From Octopus bimaculoides (taxonomy: Eukaryota): a DNA stretch of 64,000 bases. Location of the stretch: assembly GCF_001194135.2 (NCBI RefSeq), contig NC_068988.1, forward strand, positions 28,560,397-28,624,396, given 5' to 3'. Numbering within the stretch: the first letter of the stretch is position 1; each line of letters begins with the position of its first letter. Both the position numbers and the translations under genes were made by a program. Of the stretch, positions 11,893 to 24,754 are shown piece by piece. The notes under the pieces were generated by a model. The model did no database searches. It worked only from the letters and a program-made list of their open reading frames with translations, and was not told the origin of the DNA.

Positions 11893-12235
11893 GAGACCCC
11901 CTTCGGTCATGACTGACCATGGGATTGCACCTAGGAAGTTACCCTCCCAGGCACAAGTCTGGGCTAGGTTGTTTATGGAAGACCAGCAGTCGCCCATGCA
12001 TACCAGCCTCCCCTCTCCACGCCACCAGTGTTATCCAATGGAAAGGCAAAGGGGTCAATACAGCTTGGCACCTGTGACGTCGCAACTCATTTTTACAGCT
12101 GAGTGAACTGGAGCAATGTGAAATAAAGTGTCTTACTCAAGAACAAAACACACAGCCCGGGCTGGATTCGAACTCACAACCTCGCAATCATAAGCTCGAC
12201 GCTCTAACCACTGAGCCATGCGCCTTCACGTATTC
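11893..12235 (-). mobile_element. Young full-length tRNA-derived SINE
   Basis: A box tggctcagtggttag, B box gagttcgaatcc, CORE-like ctcagctgtaaaaatgag. An older partial copy lies at about 20800-20970 +. Confidence 0.8.
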
Positions 12236-12247
12236 TTAGCACTGTGC

Positions 12248-12249
<2 letters not shown>

Positions 12250-12311
<62 letters not shown>

Positions 12312-12320
12312 TGATGATGA
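12250..12320. repeat. (AAT)n/(GAT)n microsatellite, one of many (TA, TG, GA, AAT, CAT, TAC arrays throughout the window)
   Basis: Directly visible. Confidence 0.95.
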
Positions 12321-12804
12321 TAATCCTTTCTACTAAGGCACAAGGCCTGAAATCTGAGGGAAGGGAACTAGTCGATTATATCGACCCCAGTATTTCACTG
12401 GTACTCAATTTATCAACCTCGAAAGGATGAAAGACAAAGTTGACCTCAGTGAATTTGAAATCAGAACATAACGGCAGTCAAAATACTGCTAAGCATTTCG
12501 CCTGGCTTGCAAATGTTTCTGCCAGCTCGCTCCCTTAATAATAATAATAATAATATTTTATAAAGGTTGACATAACTCTTCATGAAGACAATGAGAACAC
12601 AATACAATTGCAATAGATTGTTTATTGGTTTGAATGATATTTTGACAACTTGTCAAAATGTAAAATGGCAACAACTGCAGAAACACAGAAATTTAAAAAT
12701 ATGAGGAAATCCTGTGTTCCTATTTTGACAGAGGGACATCATCAGTTTTCGATTTTGGAACTGGTAACAAGCTATTGCAATTACATCACACTGTTCTTAT
12801 TGTC

Positions 12805-12845
<41 letters not shown>

Positions 12846-12879
12846 GAAAACAGTTCATAGCAGAGACTCCAGCTAAGAA

Positions 12880-12915
12880 GATCTGAAGAAGGACTTGTAA
12901 TTCCGAAATATCATC
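12880..12915 (+). ncRNA. Minimal type-I hammerhead ribozyme motif (intact core, different family)
   Basis: GAU-CUGAAGA-A-GGA(cuuguaau)UCC-GAAA-UA-UC-AUC; palindromic AUAU helix III, AUC triplet, short helices I and II. Confidence 0.55.
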
Positions 12916-15913
12916 GGACTATAGATAACCAAATCACAACAGGTATATAGTCCATTTTTTGTTTTATAGTGCATTGTTGTACCATTCTAAACTTTTTATT
13001 CTTTACAAACAATACATAATGCTTCAAGCGAACTACAATACTCTCCAATATAAACAACACTGTTATTGCCTTTATTGCTTTTATTATTTATCTAAAATTT
13101 TTCATGAAAAATATGTCCAGCCACAGAAAAATATCTTGCTTGCTAGAAAACCGGTAAGTGTTGGCAACAGGAATGGCATCTGACCATAGAAAATTTACTT
13201 TAGCAAATTCCATCTGATCCATGCAAACATGGAAAAGTGCATGTCAAAAATAGCAAAACGATTGAGTTCGTGAACGACAGTAAGTGATGCTGGTAACAGG
13301 AAATTAGTTGTGGACTTAGTAGGCTTGGTTCCAAATTGCAATCTTCTCCATCAACAAACAGCTTGGATTTGCACAAGTGGGATGGGTGGAGAAGATGAAA
13401 TATATGCATGTAGAAATATTGAAGTAAATGTGTGAACTAATATATATATATATTTAAATTAAAAACAAAAAGCTTTGAGTTTGATTGAAGAGCCCGTCAA
13501 ACAAGAATGAACTCCTTACATTTAAGACGAAGGAAAGTATTGCATAAACATATATGTGATTTAGCTAACAGAGCTATATATAGACTTTATTGTTTGTGAT
13601 ATTTATACCACCTTAGACAAACAGTTAAAAGATTGGTAGTAATCGGTAGCTAGGTATTTATGAAGGTGGACATTTCCGAGCTGTTGTGAATGGGTGTAAC
13701 TGAAATAGGAGTGTAGAATCCTGTCTTACTGGTTAGAAACGAAAACTGCCAAAAGAAACTCTCTTCATTCAAGCCATTTGTTGCTATAGTTACAGTTAGT
13801 TTTCATCATCATGATTATTATCGAGGTCAACATTACCTTTCATCCTTTTGGAGTTGATAAATTAAGTATCAGTGAAAGACTGGGGGTCGATGCAATTGAC
13901 TAGCCACCTCCCCCCAAATTGTGCCTTGTGCCTATATTAGAAAGGATTATTATTATTAAGGTGGCAAGCTGGCTGAATCATTAGCACACTGGACAAAATG
14001 CTTAGCAGTATTTCGTCTGCTGCTACAGTCTGAGTTCAAATTCCGCCAAGGTCCACTTTGCCTTTCCTCCTTTTAGGGTCGACAAAATAAGTACCAGTTG
14101 AGTACTGGGGTCGATGTAATCAACTATCCCCCTCCACCAAATTTCAGGCTTTGTGCCTATAGTAGAAAGGATTAGTATCGTTATTATTATTTAATTTCTG
14201 TGGAAAAATTTTGAACAATTTCAAGATAATAAAAAACAAGCTGAAACAGTGGGCAATATCTGGTGTTTGGTCAAAAGAGTAATGACCCTTCACAATTGTG
14301 ACTATTATATATTCTGGACAAGTTGACAAGAAAACATCAACGTGGTCACTTGTCTTGCTAGAAACAAAAGTCAATTCTCTCATTACAGTTCTGGGATTGA
14401 CCCAGAACCATGTGACTGGCAAGCAAGCTACTTACCACACAGCCACTCTTGCGCCTACATAATAATAATAATCATCATCATCATCGTTTAACGTCCTCTT
14501 TCCATGCTGGCATTAGTTGAACAGTTTGACTGAGGGCTGGCAAGCCAGAAGGCTGCACCAGGTTCCAATCCAATCTGGCAGTTTCTACAGCTGGATGTCC
14601 TTCCTAACACCAACCACTCCAAGAGTGTAGTGGGTGCTTTTTACGTGCCACCGGCATAAGGGCTAGTCAGGTGGTACTGGCATAATAATAATGGTTTGTG
14701 CCGGTGCCTCAGAAAGAGCACTCTTGCCAGCATAGTAAATAGACAGTAAATGATGATGATGATGTTTCAAATTTTGGCACAAGGCCAGTGATTTTGTGGA
14801 GAGGGAGTAAGTTAATTACATGAACCTCATAAAGAGCATTTGTGCCAGTGTCGTGTAAAATGAGCCCGTGGGTGATACATAGAAAAGTACTCGTACCAGT
14901 GCCATTAAAAAGGTGCCCATGCTGTTGCCACGTAAAAAGCACCCAGTACACTGTAAAGTGGTTGACGTTCAAAACAAACAAATCGGAGCCTGAGTGGCTC
15001 TCTGGTTCGCCAGCTCCTGCCAAACCGTCTAACTCATCTCAGAACGGAAAACGAACGTTAAATGATGATGATGATGATAAGTTTTTCAAATTTTAGCACA
15101 AAGACAGTAATTTTATGGCGAGGGGATAAGTTAATTACGTGAATTCCAGTGCTCAACTGGTCCCTCATTTTATCGACCCCGACAGAATGAAAGGCAAAGT
15201 GGAGGACCTCGGTGAAATTTGATATCACAAAAAGCAGGAATGGTTGGAATAATAATAACGGTTTCAAATTTTAGCACAAGGCCAGCAATTTGGGGGGGAG
15301 AGTGGGGTCAGTCGATCCCGGTGCTGAACTGGTACATATTTTATCGAATCCGAAAGGATGAAAGGCATAGTAGACCTCGGCAGTATTTGAACTCAGAACA
15401 TATAGACGGACGAAATGCCGTTAAGTATTATATTTTGCCCAGGCGTAATAAAATATTCCTCTCCCCAACCACTCCACCTTCAGGCAAAAATTAAGGTTGT
15501 TCTCAATGACATTTCTGTTTACACAAACATAGCAACTATCTGTCAATGATTTGTGAATGTACACACCCAGAGGATTAATTTACTAAGAATACACAAAAGC
15601 CGTTGTGAAGTCGAGACCACAAAGATTGGAAATGTTACATAAGTGTTTGTATATGAATGTGAGAGAGAGAGAGAGTGGGTGGGAGTGGGTGTTCGTTAAA
15701 CCAGCTGATTGCGGGTCTTTCGTCGGGAGAAAGAGTGAATGAGAAAGAGGAAGTTTTATCTAATATGTACAAAACAAATAAAGATTAAAATAAATAAAAT
15801 AAAACTGTTGCCAACGACGCAGAACTTAAACAACACTTGATATCTTCAAATTTCTGAAATGTATTTAATATCTCACGACAGTTATATCAAACTGTCTTTT
15901 TATTTATTTATTT

Positions 15914-15945
<32 letters not shown>

Positions 15946-18900
15946 ATACAACACACATACTTACAAGTTGACGAATGTCTAAAATATGTATAAACGTCTC
16001 GGTATAAAACAGAGCAGCAGTTTAACCACTGACATGTTCTCGTTATAACAAAGGTATTTCACAAATTTTAACAATACGGCACACACACACAAACACATAT
16101 TATAGTTTAACCCCAGTTTGATCTTCGAGCCAACTGCTTATAATATAATACCGTAATTTCAATTAACAACAGAAACAAAAGCAAAAACAATAACGGTTGT
16201 AATAAGAAAACTATTAGTCATGTGGAATGACTATAAACTCTTGTTTCTTGTTGTATGGCTCCGGGTCTCTCTAGATTTAAAAAAAGGTGCTCCAGTTATT
16301 ACCATCCAGAATTATTTTACAGACATAGTCTATCTTAGACTGCATCATCTAATGTGTCCGTCCTTACCTGAGACGGTAAGATGAAATCTGAAAGGACTTC
16401 TGGCTGCTATTTCAAGCAAGCCGAGCGACCACTTAGAGGCCTCCCTCTTTGTTAAGGCGTTGTTGACAGAAAGAAAGGAAAACAGATTTAATGTCCAAGT
16501 CAATTCAGTGTGTGACGGAGGAGACAAACATTTAACTTTTTAATGCATTCTTTTATGTCCATTGTTGCTAGTGTTGTTGACTGATTTTTTTTGAAGTGTT
16601 ATTTAATTATTTCGTTAAAGAAAAGGTGAAGAGAAAAACGTGCGCGCGTTTATGTGTATGTGTGTGCGTATATATATATGTGTGTGTTCGTGTATGCGTA
16701 TATATGTGTGTGTGTGCGCGCGCTTTCTGCTGTGAAGCTTCTCTAAGTTTTCTTACTACCCCCCTCTCTCACTTTCTCTCTCTTTCTATATATATAAGGC
16801 GATGATAAAACGATATATTTATTTTGGTCGCGTTTCACCTGTAAGTGCACAAGGGTCTTCAGGTATGTATGCATATAAACGAAGTAAGGGAATCATGGAA
16901 CAAGAATGTCGATAAAATAAATAAATAAAATAAAAAATGCTTGTGAAAAAATGTGACTCCAAAGGTATAGAATGATTTTCTCAGATAGGAGACGACTCAG
17001 AAAGAGGGCGGGGGGACAAAAATTAATACGAGAGAAAAGAGAGAGACTTACATACCAATTTCTTAAGATAGATCGAATTGTCGACGATCGAGAAGTAATC
17101 TTCCGGTAGTGACGAGGGAAGAGACAAGTTATCCAACTATGGGATTGTTGACAATAAGCAGTTACATGGAAGTGGTTATTAAACGGCGGAGTAGCAACGA
17201 AATAGGAATGTCTGGCATCAGCCTCATCCGACATGACTTTTGAATAGGGAAGGATTCCGTGTTGTCAATAGTCGGAAACCGATCCAACAGTCGATACTTT
17301 GTTCTAAGACATGCAGTAGTTTGGGTGTAATATGTGTGTGCGTGTGGATAGACAATGTTTTGGTCGTAAAATATTTGAAACTCGTACTAATCTGACACGT
17401 CCCATGCGCTGACACTCTTAACCGAGATAGTCAGCTGCTCTTGACGAGTTAGAACATATCAACTTGAGAGACCAACCGACCGACCTTCCGTCACACACAT
17501 TTTATTTAAAGTCTCGACAATTCCTTATCACTGTGTCCGGTTGCATTTATTCAGTGAAGAAAAAAAATCACGTCTTTTTTTTTAAATAATTATTGAACAA
17601 TGAAGGAAAATAATATGAAATGTTATTTTAAACATTGAAGAAACTAAACTTTTCCAGTTTGTATCTTTTAATATAATATAGTTTAGCGACCTTACAAGCC
17701 ACTGATATAAACAACTTCATATGTATTATATTATATTATATCATATCATATGTTTGTGTTGTGAGTAGAGTTTTGAAGTATCAGGGTTGAGAGAGGTCCG
17801 TCCCTTTAACGACTTGTCAATTCACTCTTCCTCATGGCACTCGAACTTCTCTTTAATTTACGAATTTTAATTAACTCTCTCTCTCTCTCCCCTGACGCAG
17901 ACCATGAAGTTTTCCGGTGTTCTAGTTGTATTTGAAGGCAAATAAGACGCAAATTTTTCCCCCGCAAGATGTCTCAAAAAAACTCACTCAAAGTTGGCCC
18001 CCACAACTAAAATATTACATGTTTTAAAGAACTAAAAACTTTTTACTTTCCCAAAAGCAAAGTTGGCCTCGCCGATATTTGAACATAAATAGCCAGGACT
18101 ACCACTAAGCATTTTGTCTGACATGCTAACAATTCTGTCATCTCACCATCTTAACTGTCCTAATCATTTCTAACATAGGAACCAGGTCATAAATATAAAG
18201 ATTAAGTTGATTAAATCGATCCTAGTACTTCATATTGATATAGTAGAAAACATTTACTCAAGGTGTCATGCAATAGGAAAGAATCCAGAGCCCTGTGGTT
18301 GGGAAGCAACACCCTTACCACTATGCTACATGCCCTCACTCACTATCCCTCCACGTTTTATTTCCTCCAGCAGTTACTAATATACAAATCAGTGAGGATG
18401 GAGGGCTCGCTTACTGTTCAGTTATCAGAAATATTTGTCATGGGACTGTCAACTTTATTGACTAGTTGTTGAGCAGTGAAGGGAAATACACACACACAAG
18501 GGACTTCTACACAGTTTCCATCCACCAAATTCACTAACAAGGCATTGGTCAGCCCAAGGCTATATAGTAAAAGACACTTGCCCAAAGAGCCACACAGTAA
18601 AAGAGAGTAAGACACAACTTAGCATAATGTGAAGTAGTTGGAGGATTATAAAGAGTAAACATTATTCATGAAATGAATAACATTTTATATCATCATCATC
18701 ATCATCATTTAACGTCCATTTTCCATGCTGGCATGGGTTGGACAGTTTGACAGGGGCTGACCAGGCAGAAGACTGCACCAGGCTTCACTGTCTGTTTTGG
18801 AAGGGTTTTTACAGTTGGATGCCCTTCCTAACACCAAGCACTTTACAGAGTGTAGTGGGTGCTTTTTATATAGCACCATCACCAGTGTTTTTGTTTTTTA

Positions 18901-19317
18901 TGTGAGATCACCACCAGAGGTTTTATGTAGCACCAACACCAGTGCTTTTTACATGCCACCAAGCACCTTGCATGACAAAAAAACATACATGGATGTAAAT
19001 GTCTTAGCAATATGTGATGGGCATAACATTTGTGATGGGTATTTTAAAATGGGACACATCTTAAAATACCCACCACATATTTGTAAAGAGCAAGCAGCTT
19101 TCAAAGGATGAAATATTTTTAGAGTATTGCTTAGATATTTAAGATGCAACATTGTCAGACAAACACAGATTCTAGATTGGATTGCAGCCAAGAATGGACG
19201 AGCTGTTTGGTAAACCAAGCCTTCACTCATACACCTGTAATATATATTCAAAGCCTCTTGCACTTCAGTTGCAATAATCTCACCTGAATCTACCAATTCT
19301 ATACTACATATTTTAAC

Positions 19318-19545
19318 TTTAACCTTTAGCAATCAGATTGCTCTGTCAAATGTGGTGCTTATTTATTCACATTATTTTGAATTAATCATGCATAATCTCG
19401 TAGCTCTGAGATTTCAATGATACGATTGTTTCTTTTTACAATGACATTGTAGGGTTGGTGTGAGAGGCTGGATCTGGTCAGTTTGAACATAAAACAGAAC
19501 GGATATTTAGGCTGGCTATGACCGGTTTAAATGCTAAAGGGTTAA
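19318..19545. mobile_element. piggyBac-like MITE (TTAA ends)
   Basis: ttaacctttagca ... tgctaaagggttaa; reverse copy at about 63058-63290, partial copy at about 33170-33340. Confidence 0.6.
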
Positions 19546-20034
19546 ACAAGGCTTCATGTCATTCTTCAAACTCCTAATGTACAGTGAACAATTTTTTGCA
19601 ATTAAAAATTCCCTTTAGAAACTTTTCATTAAATTTCTTTCCAACAACTTTTCTTTTCTTTTTTTTTACAGTTTACTCAAAAAGTATTGAATTTTCAGAA
19701 AATTTGTTTTTATTTACTTTTTACTACATTGTCATATGTCTAAAGAGATGAAATTTATTCAAATTTCAAAAATGATAAAAGTTGTAGAGGAAGATTAAAG
19801 CCACAAAAGAAAAACAACACTATGATAAAAATGTTTTTTGTATTAATGCAAAAGGGTTAAAATATATAATAGAGAAACAATTCTTAACCCTTTCATTACC
19901 AACCCGGCTGAAACTGGCTCTAAGTTATTTTACTAAATTCTTTGTTATATTTAAAGTAATTGAAAGAAACACAGAGCATCTCAGAATAAATACAGTGACA
20001 AAATGGTTAAAATATATAATAGAGAAACAAGTCT

Positions 20035-20262
20035 TAACCCTTTTGATACCAACCCAGCTGAAACTGGCTCTGGCTTTGTAGTACAAATGTCTTGTTTTCA
20101 TAAGTTTTGAATTAAAATCTTCCACCAAACCTTAGTCACAATTTATGTTCCTAACACAAGCTTAATGATAACCAACTTATTTTACTAAAAATTCTTTGTT
20201 ATATTTAAAGTAATTGAAAGAAACACAGCATCTCAAAATAAATACAGTAACGACAGGGTTAA
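20035..20262. mobile_element. piggyBac-like MITE (TTAA|CCC...GGG|TTAA), preceded by an internally deleted tandem copy at 19885-20010
   Basis: TTAA-flanked CCC/GGG termini; duplicated 5' flank. Confidence 0.6.
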
Positions 20263-23200
20263 AGTTGTGCTAGGGCTGACTTGCCTTTCAGCTCACACCC
20301 AAAGCTGATAAAATATGTAATATCATGTAATTAATATTAACATAATTGTCTTCCTGTCTAATAATGAAACTATTAAATATGGTCTAGACTAGTGAAGTTA
20401 ACACATATTAATTAGAAGTTTTAAAGTAGCTATTTGGTGGCTGTTCTTATTAATATCTGAACTTACCATATTTACTCATGCATAAGATAGCTACACCCTT
20501 AATTTATTACTAGACCTTGGTACAAATATTTTACCCTGTATAGTTTTAGCTTTGTCGCATAAGTTTCACCCCAGTTTTTTTTTTTTTTTTTTCAGTTGAA
20601 ATCAAGTATGAAATTGCGCAACTTGTATACAAGTAAATACTGTAAACTCTGGTGTCAAACCACTTGGCTGTTTCTTTCTTTGTTCAATTAGGCAATCTGG
20701 AAGTAAAGAGAAGTCTGACAAAACAGCAATAGTTAAATTTGAATTTATGACCTTGAGATCAGTATTGTCACTGTGCTACAAATATTTTATTTATATCTTA
20801 AACGCATGGCTTAGTCGTTACGGCATTTGGCTAACAATCGTAAGGTCACGAGTTCAATTCCTGGTAACACGCTGTGTCCTTGAGCAAGATACTTTATTTC
20901 ACGTTGCTCCAGTCCACTCAGCTGTCAAAAATGAGTAGTACCTGTATTTCAAAGGGCCAGCCTTATCACACACTACCAAGTCCTCTCACAAGGCTTTGGT
21001 CAGCCCGAGGCTGTAGTAAAAGACACTTGTCCAAGGTGCCACACTGGGACTGAACCGCACAGCCATATCTGCATCTATGGGTATATTGTCCTATAAGTAG
21101 AGTGTTTTAACTGATTGTACCACTGTTTTGATTTCTTACATTGGCACAAGGCCACAAATTCGTAGGAGATGGGCATAGTTGTTGTATTACTTGACTGCTA
21201 CTTATTTAATTGATCTCAGACAGATGTTCTAAGTTTAAATACTAGAAAAGTATATAATAATATTAATTACATTAAAAGTTAATGTGAAAATCTTTTCAAA
21301 AGCTGGACTCATTTACTGCAGAAAGCAGAAATATCCACTCCGAATTTATATACCAGCCTGTCTTTTGTTGAGGAATGTTATGTTTAAAACTATTTTATCT
21401 GTTGAGATATGTCAAGTTTATTGGGGCAACGTGACTTGCAGAAAGTACCAGTTCTATGTTTTGGTAGCATTACCGGAATAACCATGAGATTTAATTTCAC
21501 ATTGAAAGGGTTAAAGAATGTCTTAAAAAAAAACAAATATTAAATTCTAACTTCTATTTTTATGCAAATTTTTGTGACAGTGAGATCCGATGTTCTTATA
21601 TTCCTATTGTAAAATATTCAAAATACTTAGAAGTGATTATAAAAAAATTAAAAAAAGGAAAGAATATTGAGTGGGAGAGAAAGAGGACAAAATTCTTTGC
21701 TTAACTAAACAATCATGTTTTCAAAAAAAAAATTTTATGTGAAAACAATTCTAACCTAATTGAAACAAATGGTTTCCTGTTTGAATAAATCCAATCTGGT
21801 GACATTCTTTCATTAGAAAATCTGTGATATGAGAAAGCATTTGGCTGACATCTCATATTGTTTTAAGCTAAACTGGAGAATTTCCTTCTCATATAACAGC
21901 AGCTCTGTGTTGGCCATAACAGCTAAGTTATATATTTACTTTCCATGCTATAAATAGTGAGGCAGTGGCTACTTTTACATGTCTGAAAATAAAAGGTTTC
22001 CCTTTATTCATCATTATTCTCGTCATCATCGTCATCACCACTTTTCTATGATGACCTCTTTATATAGAAACATAAAGAAGAATGCATTCTTGGTCTATAA
22101 TTTTTCAGTCATCATCGTTATCATTATGATTTACTAATTATTAGTGTTGTACTAGTGTTCCAATAGTAAATGGAAATTGTGTGGAAGCCTATTGTATATG
22201 TATATATGTGTTTGCATTTGTCCTTTCTCCCCCCACTGCTGGACAACGATGTTGGTTTGTTTACGTCCCCATAACATAGCAGTTTTGTGAGAAAAAAAAA
22301 GTTTGAAGGAATAAGAAAAATGCTGAATATAAAAAATCCATAAAATATCTTATTTCTTGTTTGAATTTTGCAATTTTGTTATTAATTTTTATCTGAGAAA
22401 AGATTTTGCCTTTTGGTTATATTCTTAATTCTCTTTCATCTTTTACTTGTTGCTGTCACTGAACTGTGGCCATGCTGGGGCACCACCTTGAAGGGTTTAG
22501 CTGAACAAATCAACCCCTGTATTTATTTTTCAAGCTTGATACTGATTCTTTCAGACTTTTTTTTTACAAAGCCATTATGTTATGGGGATGTAAACAAGCC
22601 AACATCATTGTCCAGCAGTGGGGGGAGAAGGGTCAAATACAAACACATATATACATATATGGTGGACTTCCACACAGTTTCTGTTTACTAGATTCACTCG
22701 CAAGGCTTTGGTTAGCTTGGACCTATAATAGAAGCCATTTGCCTAGGGTGCCATACAGTGGGACTGAACTCAAAACCACAGGACTACAAAGCCAGTTTCT
22801 TAACCACACAACCATGTCAGTACATTTGTTTAATTTTCAATATGAAGCATCAATGATAAATGGTACATGTTTTTAAAGAAATAGATATGTGGAAAAAATT
22901 TTTATTGATAGATGCAGGTATGTCTGTGGGGTTAAGAAGCTTGCTTTTCAACCAAATGGTTTCAGGTTCAGTCTCACTGCATGGTATCTTGAGTCCCAGG
23001 TGAACCAATGCCTTCTAAGTGAATCTATCAGACAGAAACTGTGTTGAAGCTTGCCATGTATCTTTTATTTTTATCTTTTACTAGTTTCAATCATTAGACT
23101 GTGGCCATGCTGGGGCACCACCATGAATTTTTTTTTATCAAATGAATCCACCCCAGTAGTTTTTTTTAAAAGCCTGGCACTTATTCAATCAGTCTCTTTT

Positions 23201-24702
23201 GCCAAAGTCTTGATATGTGTGTAAATGTGTGTGTGTGTGTGAGCACGCACATGTGTGTATGTGCATATGCATGCATGCACATGTGTGTGTGTGCATGCAT
23301 ACACACACGTGTGTGTATGCATCTAAGTAAAATAAAATATATACCAGACTTTAAAAACATAATTACTCAGCATTGATTTGTCTGACTAAAGATGTCCAGG
23401 CAGCAGTGCCTCAGCATGGCCGCAATCCAAAGATATTCCAAATTCATTTTTAGTTCTTCGTAAACTCAAAAATAGGGATAAACATGTAAGGTTTAATTAA
23501 TGTTTGGTAACATACTAATTATTTTGTTCCAAGTCAGCTCTGCTTGAGTAGATCTCTGATCAAGGATACTGAAGCCATGACTATCCCATCTATTTTTTAA
23601 GCATACTGTATGTAGGAACACATTATTCGGTGTGTCCTTCCTTATCTAAGAGATTTGGCTGTTATTTCTAGCAATTAAAGTAACTACATAGCACTTCCTT
23701 CATTGGTTCACAGGTTTAGTGTTGGTGTTTGTATTGCTGCACATTAACAGTGGTAAGAAAACGTGCATGAAGAAGAGAGGTGTGGTTCACGCGAAAAAGG
23801 ACAAAGCAAGGTGTTTTGGTGTGAGATCTGGGACGTGAGAGACCCAAAGAAATTGATAGGAGGAAAGGAGGTGAATTGAGTGCTTCTTGCAGATTTAGGT
23901 GCATGTAGGTCTCACAATAGATGGAAACTGTTTAAAGTAGTTACGAGTGAGTCTAAAGGAAATATTAGTGATTGTCAAATATGCTTACAGTGCAAAGGTG
24001 TAAGGGAAAAGAAAGAGAGAGAGAGAGAACAAGAGAAAGAGAGAGAGAATGAGAAAGAAAGAGAATAGTGTTGAAGCTGACAAACAGTGAGAAGACGGGA
24101 AGAAAATGTGTGGTTTCTTGTGGCAGATGGATGAAGGAATGTGAGAAGAAAGTTGTTTTACAGGTTTTAACTATTTAACGCAGACAGACGGTGAGAAATA
24201 AAGATAACGAACTAATCACCAATTGTTACAATAACAATTTAGCTGCATGCCTGGCTGGGTGGTTAACCTCTTATCATACACATTTTTTTTTTCAATTACC
24301 ATGCAAAATATACCATATTTTCTCATCATTTATTTTGAATCTGTATACAAGGCGCAGGTGTGGTAAGAAGCTTGCTTCCCAACCACATGGTTCTGAGTTC
24401 AGTCCCACAAAACCTTGTGACTGGATTTGGTAGACAGAAACTGAAAGAAGCCGACAGAAACTGAAAGAAGCCGACAGAACTGAAAGGCAGCAAGCTGGCA
24501 GAATCGTCAGCTGCTACATTCTAAGTTCAAATTCCGCCTAGGTCGACTTTGCCTTTCATCCTTTCGGGGTCGATAAATTAAGTACCAGTTACGCACTGGG
24601 GTCGGTGTAATCGACTTAAGCCGTTTGTTTGTCCTTGTTTGTCCCCTCTATGTTTAGCTCCTTGTGGGCAATAAAGAAATAAGAAACTGAAAGAAGCCCA
24701 TC

Positions 24703-24754
<52 letters not shown>

